DNA from: Isosphaeraceae bacterium
GTDB lineage: Bacteria > Planctomycetota > Planctomycetia > Isosphaerales > Isosphaeraceae
Length of the DNA: 64,000 nucleotides
Assembly (NCBI GenBank): GCA_965201075.1
Contig: CBDAVP010000002.1
Location: forward strand, 62,001-126,000
Direction of reading: 5' to 3'
Shown here: piece by piece, positions 19,438-28,390 of the stretch
How the letters are laid out: every line of letters starts with the position of its first letter
Position numbering within the stretch: position 1 is the first letter of the stretch
Position numbers and translations under genes: made by a program
The notes under the pieces: generated by a model
Database searches by the model: none
What the model saw: the letters and a program-made list of their open reading frames with translations, nothing else
Told to the model about the DNA's origin: nothing

Positions 19438-21645
19438 CTAGACCCAGCCGTATCGCTTGCGGAGCCACCATTCGGCCCCGAGAAGCATCGCGAAGACCAG
19501 GAGGAACGGCCAGTTGTCCCACAGGCGATACTCTTGCTGACGCTCGAAGTTGGTGAACGCCTTGTCGTCGATGCTTCGGATGTACTTGCCCAGTTGCTCA
19601 GGAAGGAGGGCCTGACCGTCGCTAAGCTTGGCCAGTTCTCGCATCAAGGTCGGGTCGGCGGCGGGGTTGGCCAGCTCGCGGTCGTCTTCGTAAACATAGA
19701 AGCGGGCCGAGTCGTGGCCGAGTTCTTTCCCCTCGACGGTCGTGGCGGTGACGGTGACTCGGTAATCACCGGGCTCTCGGGCGTTGTAAAACGCGTTGCG
19801 AGCCTCGGTCGCCTGGTTATACAGGGGCAGAGTTTCGGACTTCCCCTTGGGGCCGAGAAATTCGACCTTGGCCTCGTACTTGGCGTCCGGAACGGGCTGA
19901 CCCTTCGGACCACGGGCCGAGGCAATGATGTCCACCTTCTGCCCCGGGGCGATTCGTCGTTGTTCCAGCCGGACCCGGACCTGACCATCCCCCTCATCCT
20001 CCTTGTGGGCCAGCCAAAGGATCGCCTGTCGCCAGAACTTGCGATGAGCTGCGCGTGATTCATCCGAGGCCCGAGCCCACGGCCAGGTCTCGCCGGCAAA
20101 CGCCAGGGTCCGCATCCGGCCGACATCCAGATCCGCCATCAAAGTCTCGCCCGACGGCCCCACCGCCAGCAGAACAGCGCCCGGTTTGAGCTTGCCCAGG
20201 CGATTCGCCCCCGGAATCGGCGGCAACTCCTGCCAGAGTCTCAGAGATTCCGTGGAGGTCGGGCCAATCTGGAGGACGTAGTTGTCCAGCCCTCGGGCGT
20301 TAGGCAATACTTTCAGGCCCCCCTCGGGTTCTTCCTGCCCCTCTCCCGGACGAAGCACGACCGGCAGCGTCTCCCCAACCGGAGTGTCGGCCCATCCCCC
20401 TTCACCAAAGCTCGACCGACCTCCCAGCATCATCAACCCGGCGCCTCGTTCGGCCGAACGGGCCAGCAGTTGCAATTGTTTGCGGGTCAAGGAATTGGCC
20501 GGCAGGTCCCCCAGAATGTAAATGTCGTATCGACCGGGGCTGAAATCCGCATCCTCCAGCGTTCCCCGCCCCTCCTCGGCCGGTTCCCTCACGACCTTGT
20601 AGTCGGTCTGAATGAAGTCGGCGGCGTCCAGCGCGGGAGTCAGAAAGCGAGGCTCCCACGAGAAATTCGGCCCTTGAAGATACAGCACGTTGATCCCCCC
20701 CCGCTGGACGGTGACGAACGTGCTGATCTCATTATTGCCCGGCACCAACTCCCCTTCCTTGGCCTTGACCCTGAGCGTGACCTTCTTTTCTCCCGAGGTG
20801 ATCGGCGTGTATTTCAAGCCGCTGATGGAGACGACCTCCGCCCCCGCCGGGACGCGGAACTTCTTGCTGGCGACCGGTTGCGGCACGCCTTCGACGGAAA
20901 GCTCAACCTCAATTTCCTGGCCGGCGAACCCTCGGACGCCCACGGTGCCGCGGACCTGAAGGTCATTCTTGACGAACACCGTGGGACCCGCCTCGATCGT
21001 CCGCATCGCCAGGTCCTTCGACCTCGCGCCCGCCACCGCCTTGCCGAAGCCGACCGGGATGATCGGCACTTGCAGATTCTTGAGCCGTCCGGCGGCGGCC
21101 AGCGGAGAGGGGCCGTCATTCGACGCGAAGTCACCCAGGACGATCAGGGAAGCGATTCTCATCCCGTTCTGCCGCTTCAACGCCTCATCCAGCGCCGTCC
21201 CATAGGCCGAAACCTTGCCCTTCGGGGGAGGCGTCACCTCGGAGGAGTCTTCCGAGAGGCCGGCGTCGAAGCGGTAAGTCTTCAGGTCGAGCCCCGGGGC
21301 GCGAGACTTCAGCGACGCCCGAGCCTCGTCCAGCGCTTTGCGAGCGGAATCCCAACGGCTGGCGTTGTCCACCTCGTCGGTGATCCCCATGCTCTCGGAG
21401 GAGTCGACCAGAAAAACCACCGACGCCGCCTGCTTCACCTTCTTCAAGAGGACCGCCGCCGGCCTCAAGGCCCCAAAAAGGCAGACCAGAATGGCCGCCA
21501 GCCGGAGCCCCAACGCAACCCATCGCCAGCGGCCGGTGGCGCCCGCCATGTGAAGGCGATAAAACCAGAACGCCACGCCGAGGCTGGCCACCGCCACCGC
21601 CGCGAACACCGCCCAGGGGACGATCGGGTCAAACGTCAGGCTCAT
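19438..21645 (-). CDS. Membrane protein with VWA and class-I glutamine amidotransferase-like domains
   Basis: N-terminal TMs; MIDAS DSSESM; LGD..SN; GLMMLGG.SSFG.GGW..TP; C-terminal EWWLRKRYG TM. Confidence 0.8.
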   Translation of the reverse strand: MSLTFDPIVPWAVFAAVAVASLGVAFWFYRLHMAGATGRWRWVALGLRLAAILVCLFGALRPAAVLLKKVKQAASVVFLVDSSESMGITDEVDNASRWDSARKALDEARASLKSRAPGLDLKTYRFDAGLSEDSSEVTPPPKGKVSAYGTALDEALKRQNGMRIASLIVLGDFASNDGPSPLAAAGRLKNLQVPIIPVGFGKAVAGARSKDLAMRTIEAGPTVFVKNDLQVRGTVGVRGFAGQEIEVELSVEGVPQPVASKKFRVPAGAEVVSISGLKYTPITSGEKKVTLRVKAKEGELVPGNNEISTFVTVQRGGINVLYLQGPNFSWEPRFLTPALDAADFIQTDYKVVREPAEEGRGTLEDADFSPGRYDIYILGDLPANSLTRKQLQLLARSAERGAGLMMLGGRSSFGEGGWADTPVGETLPVVLRPGEGQEEPEGGLKVLPNARGLDNYVLQIGPTSTESLRLWQELPPIPGANRLGKLKPGAVLLAVGPSGETLMADLDVGRMRTLAFAGETWPWARASDESRAAHRKFWRQAILWLAHKEDEGDGQVRVRLEQRRIAPGQKVDIIASARGPKGQPVPDAKYEAKVEFLGPKGKSETLPLYNQATEARNAFYNAREPGDYRVTVTATTVEGKELGHDSARFYVYEDDRELANPAADPTLMRELAKLSDGQALLPEQLGKYIRSIDDKAFTNFERQQEYRLWDNWPFLLVFAMLLGAEWWLRKRYGWV

Positions 21646-21679
21646 CGTCGCGGTGGCCTCGCGGACGGATTCGGTGGGA

Positions 21680-23866
21680 TCACGACGACCGCGCTCGGTG
21701 GAAGCGGTTGGCCAGGATGTTCTCGGCCGTCAAAAGCAAAAGCACTAGCAGAATCATCCAGGGGAACAGCTCCCGACCATACCGTCGCAGCGACGTGCTG
21801 TGCTTCAGCGTCTCCGGACTATCGGCGAGTTGGTAGCGGTCTTTCCCCTGGAACAGCGTGTCGAGGTCGACCTTCGCCAGGGTCGCCAGCTCCATCTCCG
21901 CCTCGGCGGCATTGACGCTAAACCCCAGGGACGAGGGAGATTCGCCCCGTCCAGAAACAATGACATTCCACTGGCCCAGGGCCTGGGGTGGGTCAATCTC
22001 CAGAGAGGTCGAGTTCGCCGAGGGACTGAGCCGCTCGGAAGTCGCCGCCCCCGGCCCCTTCACCACATAACTGGAAAACCGGGCGTTCGGGTCAATCGGC
22101 AGACTGACCGGCTCTCCCGCGACGAAGTCCAGTCGTTCCTCGCTGATCCCTCCCAGGTAGGGCACCGTCTGATCCATCAACTCGACGAACGACCAGAACC
22201 GCCCCTGGGGAAACTCATTCCAGGCCGCCTTGTCCCCTGGCTGAGCCCGGCGAGCCAGCGGGGTCGTCCACAAAAGAACCCGGCCCACGCGCGATCGGGG
22301 GAACGTCCGCTCCAACAGCGCCGGTGCGCCATCCTGATAACGCAGGAGGACGCGGGCCCCCCCCGCCGGCTTCACTTCCCGATAACGCCAGACGGGCACC
22401 TGCGAAAGGTCGGCGTCCAGATCCTTGGGGGATCGCGAGAATAACGGGTGGCCAAAGTCGGCCTGGCCGAAGGCGGTCGCCGGCTCGACGGTCTTGGGCG
22501 CGCCCACCTCGGCCGGCAGCAAGGGAGCGGCGGCCTCACTGTTGTAATTGGAGGGATCGGCCCGCACCCCCAGGGCCACGACCAGACCACCGCCCTCCTT
22601 GACATACGCGGCCAATCGGCCCCAATCCGCTTCGCTCAATCGCTGCACGTCCTGGAGGATGATGCAGGAGTAATCCCGAAGCTCCGGGACCTGGTGAGCG
22701 GCGAGCGCCTTGGCCCGAATCGACTCAACCACGTAGGGACGGGGCTCTCCTGCCGGCAGGTCCAGCGGGTCCAGGGCGTTCTTGGCGTAAACCGCGTCCT
22801 CGGGCAGGTCCGACAACAGCAAAACCTTCAGCGGCGGCCGGACCCGGAACGTCAGGAATCGGGTGTCGTCGAAGTCCAGCGGGTCGCCGGCGCCACCGAG
22901 TCGAACCGTCGCCCGGTGCAGACCGACCGGCAGCTTCGGCGAGCGGAACTTCACCTCCCCAGAGCCGTTAGCCGGCAAAGTGACCTCGGTCTGCCCTCGC
23001 TTGTTCTCTGGCTTCGTGCCATCGAGATACAACTCCACAACCTGGCGACGAGCCGGCCCGGTGGCCCGGATTGAGGCGCGAACCTCGACCTCAGCGCCGG
23101 CCGGCCCACCCGGAGTGCCCGCCGACGGCCGCGACTGGGCCGAAACGACCGCGATGTCCCGAGGCTCCTTGGAACCCACCTGCATCAGGTAAGTATCCAC
23201 CTCGGGCTTGGCCTCGTGGGCCAGGGTCAGGTTGTCCACCGGCCGGCCCACCTCCCAGGCCGATCTCGCCAGGTCGGTGAAAAGGTAAACCTCCCGGCGG
23301 GGCCGATCCACTCCCGCGACCACCTTGTACGCCTGCCCCACCGCCGCGTTCAGCGGAGCCGTCACGGTCCGCAACCCGAGGCCGTCCACGATCTTGCGGG
23401 CCGCGGCCGGGCTGACCGGCGGCGGCGTGACCCCCGCGAGTCCCGCGTCGATCACGAACACCTGGCTCGACTCATGCACCTTCTTCAAAATGTCGGCGGC
23501 ATGCGCCTTGGCCTCGGCCAGCCGATCCTTGCCGCGCTCCTTGTATCCCATCGACGGGCTCGTGTCGAAAACCAGGGCCATCGCGGTCGGTACCTCGCTG
23601 TCTCCCCTCGCCGCCTTCGAATACAGTAGCGGCCGGGCCATCGCCAACGCCATCAAGGCCAACAACCCCATGCGGGCAAGCAACAACAGCCAGTTCTTCA
23701 CTCGCAGCTTCTTGGTCGATCGCTTGTGGCGATTCTTGAGCAGTTGAAGCGCGGGGAAAATGATCCGCTTGGGCGTCTGCCGCATCACCAAGTGGATGAT
23801 CAAGGGCAAGACCGCAAGGGCCGCCCCCGCCGCCAGGCTCGCCGTCAAGAAGGAGATCGGGATCAT
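21680..23866 (-). CDS. BatA-domain / VWA membrane protein
   Basis: N-terminal LP.IIHL....PKRI.FPA..LL (BatA), MIDAS DTSPSM, FTDL, C-terminal TM LL.AE..LAN. Confidence 0.82.
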   Translation of the reverse strand: MIPISFLTASLAAGAALAVLPLIIHLVMRQTPKRIIFPALQLLKNRHKRSTKKLRVKNWLLLLARMGLLALMALAMARPLLYSKAARGDSEVPTAMALVFDTSPSMGYKERGKDRLAEAKAHAADILKKVHESSQVFVIDAGLAGVTPPPVSPAAARKIVDGLGLRTVTAPLNAAVGQAYKVVAGVDRPRREVYLFTDLARSAWEVGRPVDNLTLAHEAKPEVDTYLMQVGSKEPRDIAVVSAQSRPSAGTPGGPAGAEVEVRASIRATGPARRQVVELYLDGTKPENKRGQTEVTLPANGSGEVKFRSPKLPVGLHRATVRLGGAGDPLDFDDTRFLTFRVRPPLKVLLLSDLPEDAVYAKNALDPLDLPAGEPRPYVVESIRAKALAAHQVPELRDYSCIILQDVQRLSEADWGRLAAYVKEGGGLVVALGVRADPSNYNSEAAAPLLPAEVGAPKTVEPATAFGQADFGHPLFSRSPKDLDADLSQVPVWRYREVKPAGGARVLLRYQDGAPALLERTFPRSRVGRVLLWTTPLARRAQPGDKAAWNEFPQGRFWSFVELMDQTVPYLGGISEERLDFVAGEPVSLPIDPNARFSSYVVKGPGAATSERLSPSANSTSLEIDPPQALGQWNVIVSGRGESPSSLGFSVNAAEAEMELATLAKVDLDTLFQGKDRYQLADSPETLKHSTSLRRYGRELFPWMILLVLLLLTAENILANRFHRARSS

Positions 23867-23922
23867 GGACTCCGCGTCTCGGCTGGGGGACCTTCGGGCG
23901 TGACGGGGGGCGACCGGCTCGC

Positions 23923-24822
23923 TTAGCCACGGGCCTGGCGGTTGAGGAGATAACTCATCAGAGCCTTGTCGAACGGCATTCCCGTGTGAATGGGGACGTA
24001 ATCAATCCGCGCCCCGAGGCATTCCTTGCGATATCCACTGCGGAAGGCATCCACCTCGTCGAGATAGTCGGCCCGGACCGCGTCGGCATCGACCAGAATT
24101 CGCTCGGTCGTCTCGTTGTCCTCCAGCTCGACCATCCCATCGAAGGGGAAAAGGGCCTCGGCCTCGTCCAGAACGTGAAACACGATGACGTCATGCCCCG
24201 CGTGCCGCAACCGATGCAAGGCCTTGAGAACCGGCGCCGGCTCTCCCAGCAGGTCGCTAAACACCATGACCAGACTTCTGTGACGGAGCATCCCGGCGAC
24301 CTGATGCAAACTCCGACCAATGGCCGTCCCGCCCGACGGGCTCAGCTTGGCCAGCAATGACAGGATATTCGCCAGTTGGGTTCGCTTGCTCTTGGGAGCG
24401 AGACTCTGCGTCACCTTTTCGTCAAAGACGATGACCCCCACCGGGTCTTGCTGGTGGATCATCAAATACCCCAGCGCCGCGGCGAGGCAGATCCCATACT
24501 CAAACTTCGTCATCTCCTGACGGTAGGTGTAGCCCATCGATCCCGAGAGGTCCATCACCAAATAGCCAGTCAGATTCGTTTCAGCCTGAAACTTCTTGAT
24601 GTAAAAGCGGTCCGTCTTGGCGAAGACGTTCCAGTCAATATCTCCCAGATTGTCTCCGGCAGTGTACTTGCGATGCTCCGAGAACTCGACCGAGAAGCCA
24701 TGAAACGGGCTCGCGTGCAGCCCCGAAATAAACCCCTCGACGATAAACTTCGCCCGGAGATCCAGCCGAGCGACCTGACGGATCACCTCGGGCTTCAGGT
24801 ATTTCTCGGCCGTCGCCGCCAA
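23923..24822 (-). CDS. DUF58 domain protein
   Basis: GLHASPFHGFSVEFSEHRKY..GD....IDW.VFAKTDR; D.SGSM; GGAGG RBS with TTG start. Confidence 0.93.
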   Translation of the reverse strand: MAATAEKYLKPEVIRQVARLDLRAKFIVEGFISGLHASPFHGFSVEFSEHRKYTAGDNLGDIDWNVFAKTDRFYIKKFQAETNLTGYLVMDLSGSMGYTYRQEMTKFEYGICLAAALGYLMIHQQDPVGVIVFDEKVTQSLAPKSKRTQLANILSLLAKLSPSGGTAIGRSLHQVAGMLRHRSLVMVFSDLLGEPAPVLKALHRLRHAGHDVIVFHVLDEAEALFPFDGMVELEDNETTERILVDADAVRADYLDEVDAFRSGYRKECLGARIDYVPIHTGMPFDKALMSYLLNRQARG

Positions 24823-24913
24823 GTCATCCTCCTCCGTTGCTGGCCAGCCAACCTCTACACGTTCCGGGCGGCGTATTGGTTCTGACTGAAATTTTCAGGC
24901 CGGGGGCCTCGGA

Positions 24914-25498
24914 TCATTTCCCAAAAATCTCGGACAGGGGGATCGCCAGGCCGGGCAGCAGCGAGGTCGTATAGGTGTGGTCGGGGGTCAATCGCGCTTC
25001 CTGGTAGTCATGTTCATCCCACCGAAGAACAAGCACCTGCCGGGAAAACCGATCCACGATGACGTACTCGCGAACCCCGATCGCGTGGTAGTCGGCCCTT
25101 TTGGCGACATAATCCCGATCGCGATCGGCACGCGAGCGACTGACGATCTCGAACATCAGCTCGGGGGCCTGTTCCGGAACCTCGAACGTTGGCGGTTGAC
25201 GGACAAGATAAACGCCAAGGTCCCCGATCCGGTCCCCGCCCCCCGGGATGCGAACCCAGGCTTGCCCGACGACTTCCTCAATAACTCCCGGATGAAGGAA
25301 CTTGTACACGATCAGTTGGTCACGCCACGGGTTCGACGTGAGGAGATGACCAGTCCCTTCTGGAGCCAAAACGATCAGCCTCCCGTGTTCGCGTTCATAG
25401 GTCCACGGCTCCTCGAACTCGGCGTCGGCGAACTCCTGATCCGAAACCAAACGGCCGTGATCCTTCGCGCCAAGTCGAATCAGTGTCGTCGAATCCAT
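24914..25498 (-). CDS. Uma2 family (DUF820) putative endonuclease
   Basis: YE...G.L, H, PELMFEIVS.S...RD...K...Y...GVREY.IVD, LLPGL.I.L. Confidence 0.88.
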   Translation of the reverse strand: MDSTTLIRLGAKDHGRLVSDQEFADAEFEEPWTYEREHGRLIVLAPEGTGHLLTSNPWRDQLIVYKFLHPGVIEEVVGQAWVRIPGGGDRIGDLGVYLVRQPPTFEVPEQAPELMFEIVSRSRADRDRDYVAKRADYHAIGVREYVIVDRFSRQVLVLRWDEHDYQEARLTPDHTYTTSLLPGLAIPLSEIFGK

Positions 25499-25532
25499 CG
25501 TCAGCCTCCCTTCTGGCCACCCTCGTCGCTGC

Positions 25533-26561
25533 TCAGGCGCCTCGACGCTCGTACTTCGGCACCTCGGGCTCTCGAATCTCGGCCACCAACTTCTGAATCA
25601 GGCTATCAGTGGTCTGCCCCTCGGCCTGGGCCTGAAAGTTGGTGCTGATCCGGTGCCGCAGCACGGGGACGGCGACCTTGCGGATGTCGTCCAGCGACAC
25701 GCTGAATCGCCCATCCATCGCCGCCATCGCCTTGCCTCCCAAGATCAGATTCTGGCCGGCTCGGGGGCCCGCTCCCCAGTCAATCAGGTCCTTGACGAAC
25801 TGCGGACTCAGCGGATCGGCCGGTCTCGTGGCCCGGACCAACTTGGCGACGTACTTCACGGCGTAATCCGAGATGGGGACCGAAGTCACCAGCTTCTGGA
25901 GGTTGACGATCGCCTTGGACGAAAGCACCTTACGCAACTCCGGGTGTTCCCCCTTGGTCGTCGCCGAGAGGATGCGCTCCTCCTCCTCCAGCGACGGATA
26001 GCCAACCCGAACGTCGAACATGAAGCGGTCGAGCTGAGCCTCGGGCAAGGGGTAGGTCCCTTCTTGCTCGATGGGGTTCTGGGTCGCGATCACGAAAAAT
26101 GGCTCGGGAAGGGACAGGGTCTCCTGCCCGATGGTCACCTCTCGCTCCTGCATCGCCTGCAAAAGCGCCGCCTGGGTCTTGGGAGGCGTACGGTTAATCT
26201 CGTCGGCCAGGAGAATGTTCGAGAAAATCGGGCCGGGCAGGAATCGAAACGCCCGCCGCCCAGCCTCGGGTTCTTCCAGAACGTTGGTCCCGGTGATGTC
26301 CGAGGGCATCAGGTCCGGGGTGAACTGAATTCGTTTGAACCCGACATCGAGGATTCGCGCGAGCGAGGCGACCATCAGCGTCTTGGCCAGCCCCGGTACC
26401 CCGACGAGCAGAACGTGCCCCCGGGTGAAAATGGCCGCCAGGATCAGCTCAATCACATCTCGCTGACCGATCACGACCTTGCTCAACTCTCCGACCATGA
26501 TCTCCCGGGAATGACGGAACTCATCCAGCAACTGAGTGATGCGATCGCCGCTAGTCGACAT
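25533..26561 (-). CDS. moxR: MoxR family AAA+ ATPase
   Basis: GVPGLAKT Walker [53 protein letters not shown]; start moved to ATG 26561. Confidence 0.96.
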   Translation of the reverse strand: MSTSGDRITQLLDEFRHSREIMVGELSKVVIGQRDVIELILAAIFTRGHVLLVGVPGLAKTLMVASLARILDVGFKRIQFTPDLMPSDITGTNVLEEPEAGRRAFRFLPGPIFSNILLADEINRTPPKTQAALLQAMQEREVTIGQETLSLPEPFFVIATQNPIEQEGTYPLPEAQLDRFMFDVRVGYPSLEEEERILSATTKGEHPELRKVLSSKAIVNLQKLVTSVPISDYAVKYVAKLVRATRPADPLSPQFVKDLIDWGAGPRAGQNLILGGKAMAAMDGRFSVSLDDIRKVAVPVLRHRISTNFQAQAEGQTTDSLIQKLVAEIREPEVPKYERRGA

Positions 26562-26768
26562 GGCGAGTCCTGCCTCGTGAGCCTCGAAACGACGCGGTCG
26601 CCCGCCCCACTCGTCCGACCATTGTAGAGACTCCCGCCGCGAGGGAACAAGCAAGGCTCCGCCTTGCCTAGCGGAATCGCCCGCAGCATCCCCGCAACCC
26701 CCTCCCAAGTCGCGCCCGCCCCCACCCCTTGCCAGGCGAATCATCTCGTTCTATTTCTCTCCTGGGAG

Positions 26769-26797
26769 TTGACAGGAAGGGTGAGATGTTTAACAAT
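26769..26797 (+). promoter_or_regulatory. Possible sigma70 promoter
   Basis: Perfect TTGACA, 17 bp spacer, weak -10 (AACAAT) in an AT-richer divergent intergenic region. Confidence 0.35.
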
Positions 26798-27180
26798 CAA
26801 TCTCGTTGTGAGTCCTGCATCCATGGAGGACCCCACCGACTCTCACCCACCCCCTTAGCGGGCCGCCTGTCGAGAATCTCCCCGGTTCCCGACACGCTTC
26901 GATCCTTTGGGGTCGAGCCCACGCGACTCAAAGCAGCACGTGCCCGACTTGGGCGTCCCCGTGTTGCTGTTGCGGAACAAGGTTCAATCCCTGCTGGACC
27001 TTGTGAATCGGCATCTCTCCTGGCCGACTCCTGTTCCCCAACCCGCGTAACCCTCCACTCCACCCCACCACCTTCGCTATCCACGAGCGCCCCCACTCGG
27101 ACTCGTTGGCGATAGCCCCCACCCCGTGAAGCTCGTCGGCTTGCCCATCCCCTGGGCGACGGCGGGTTGAGGAACCCCCC

Positions 27181-28263
27181 ATGAAGTTCCCGATTTTGGG
27201 ACTGGTGCGTCTGGCGGCCTTGCTCGCCCTGGGCCTGACGACCGCGGCCGTGGAACTTGGTCGCTGGAACGGCAAGACTTCGTCGACCTTGAACCGGGTT
27301 TCCGCCCGCTTCGTCGGTCTCGGCGGCCGAAACCACGGCGAGAATCAGGGGGCGATCACCGTCCTCGATTTCGAGACCGGTCGAGTCGCCGAATTCCCCC
27401 TCGGCAAGCACGAAAACCTCGATCAGATCACCCCCGCAACCTGGAAGCCTGAGCACGGGCCAGCTCAGTTCGTTGGGCGTTGGACCAGCTACGGGGCCGA
27501 GTCCGTCGCCCAGAAATTCGGCCTGGCTCGGTTCAGCCTGCCCGATGCCAAGATCCTGGACCGGGTTTCCTGCGAAATCCTGCCCGTCTCCCCTCCCTGC
27601 TGGTACCCAGGCGACCCCCGTCGCGTCCTCTTCGCATCAGGGGACGGCGCCCTCTACCAATTTCGCTTCGCCGACGACAACGGCCAGGGTGCCGACGTGT
27701 CTCCAAGACGGGTCGACTGGCGAGTCCGCGACCTCGTCACCGAAAACGCTCACATCGTCGACCCCGAATGGTCCGAGGATCCGAGTCTCGCGGGCCACCT
27801 GCTCGCCGGGCTTTGCACGCTCGACCCAGGAACTTCGTTCCACTTCTCCCCCTCCCACCTCTCCATCCTCCGCCTGAATGATCCGGGGACCGCGATCGTG
27901 GGGTTCGCCGAACTCATCAGGCGTGACCCTTCCACCCCAACCAGCCCTCCTAGGGAAGAGCGATTCCCCACGGTCGGCCGCCGAACCGACGGCTCCCCTC
28001 CCCAACTCGCGTATCTCATCCGTAACGAGGACGCCGTCGACTACAGACTCACCATCTCCCCGATCCACCAAGATCCCACGACCGGCGAACCGTTCTTGAG
28101 GGAGTCGGAAGAGGCCACCCTCGCCCAGCATTGCGGCCCAACCCCGCCCCGTTTCAGCCCGGACGGCCGTCGCCTGGCTTACGCCCCCTACTGCCCGCCC
28201 AGGAAACCGATCATCCACTCACCGGAGTTGCTCGGTTTCATTGACACGGATCGGAACCCGTAA
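27181..28263 (+). CDS. Hypothetical exported protein, possible TolB-like beta-propeller
   Basis: GAGG RBS; hydrophobic leader; P.W.P, DPEWS and PRFSPDGRRLAY blade-like motifs. Confidence 0.6.
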   Translation: MKFPILGLVRLAALLALGLTTAAVELGRWNGKTSSTLNRVSARFVGLGGRNHGENQGAITVLDFETGRVAEFPLGKHENLDQITPATWKPEHGPAQFVGRWTSYGAESVAQKFGLARFSLPDAKILDRVSCEILPVSPPCWYPGDPRRVLFASGDGALYQFRFADDNGQGADVSPRRVDWRVRDLVTENAHIVDPEWSEDPSLAGHLLAGLCTLDPGTSFHFSPSHLSILRLNDPGTAIVGFAELIRRDPSTPTSPPREERFPTVGRRTDGSPPQLAYLIRNEDAVDYRLTISPIHQDPTTGEPFLRESEEATLAQHCGPTPPRFSPDGRRLAYAPYCPPRKPIIHSPELLGFIDTDRNP

Positions 28264-28390
28264 TTTCCAACCGGTCACCCAGACGCCCCCACGTCTGGGT
28301 GACCTTGACCAACCGCATTTCTTGACCGTTCGAGGTTCGACCGATAAAATGACAAAAGTCGGAGCCGCCCGCCTTGCCAGGAGCACGCCG

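Noticed and set aside
26960..27010. tRNA suggested by GGTTCAATCCC
   Set aside because: T-stem does not pair fully and no acceptor stem, D-arm or anticodon arm can be built
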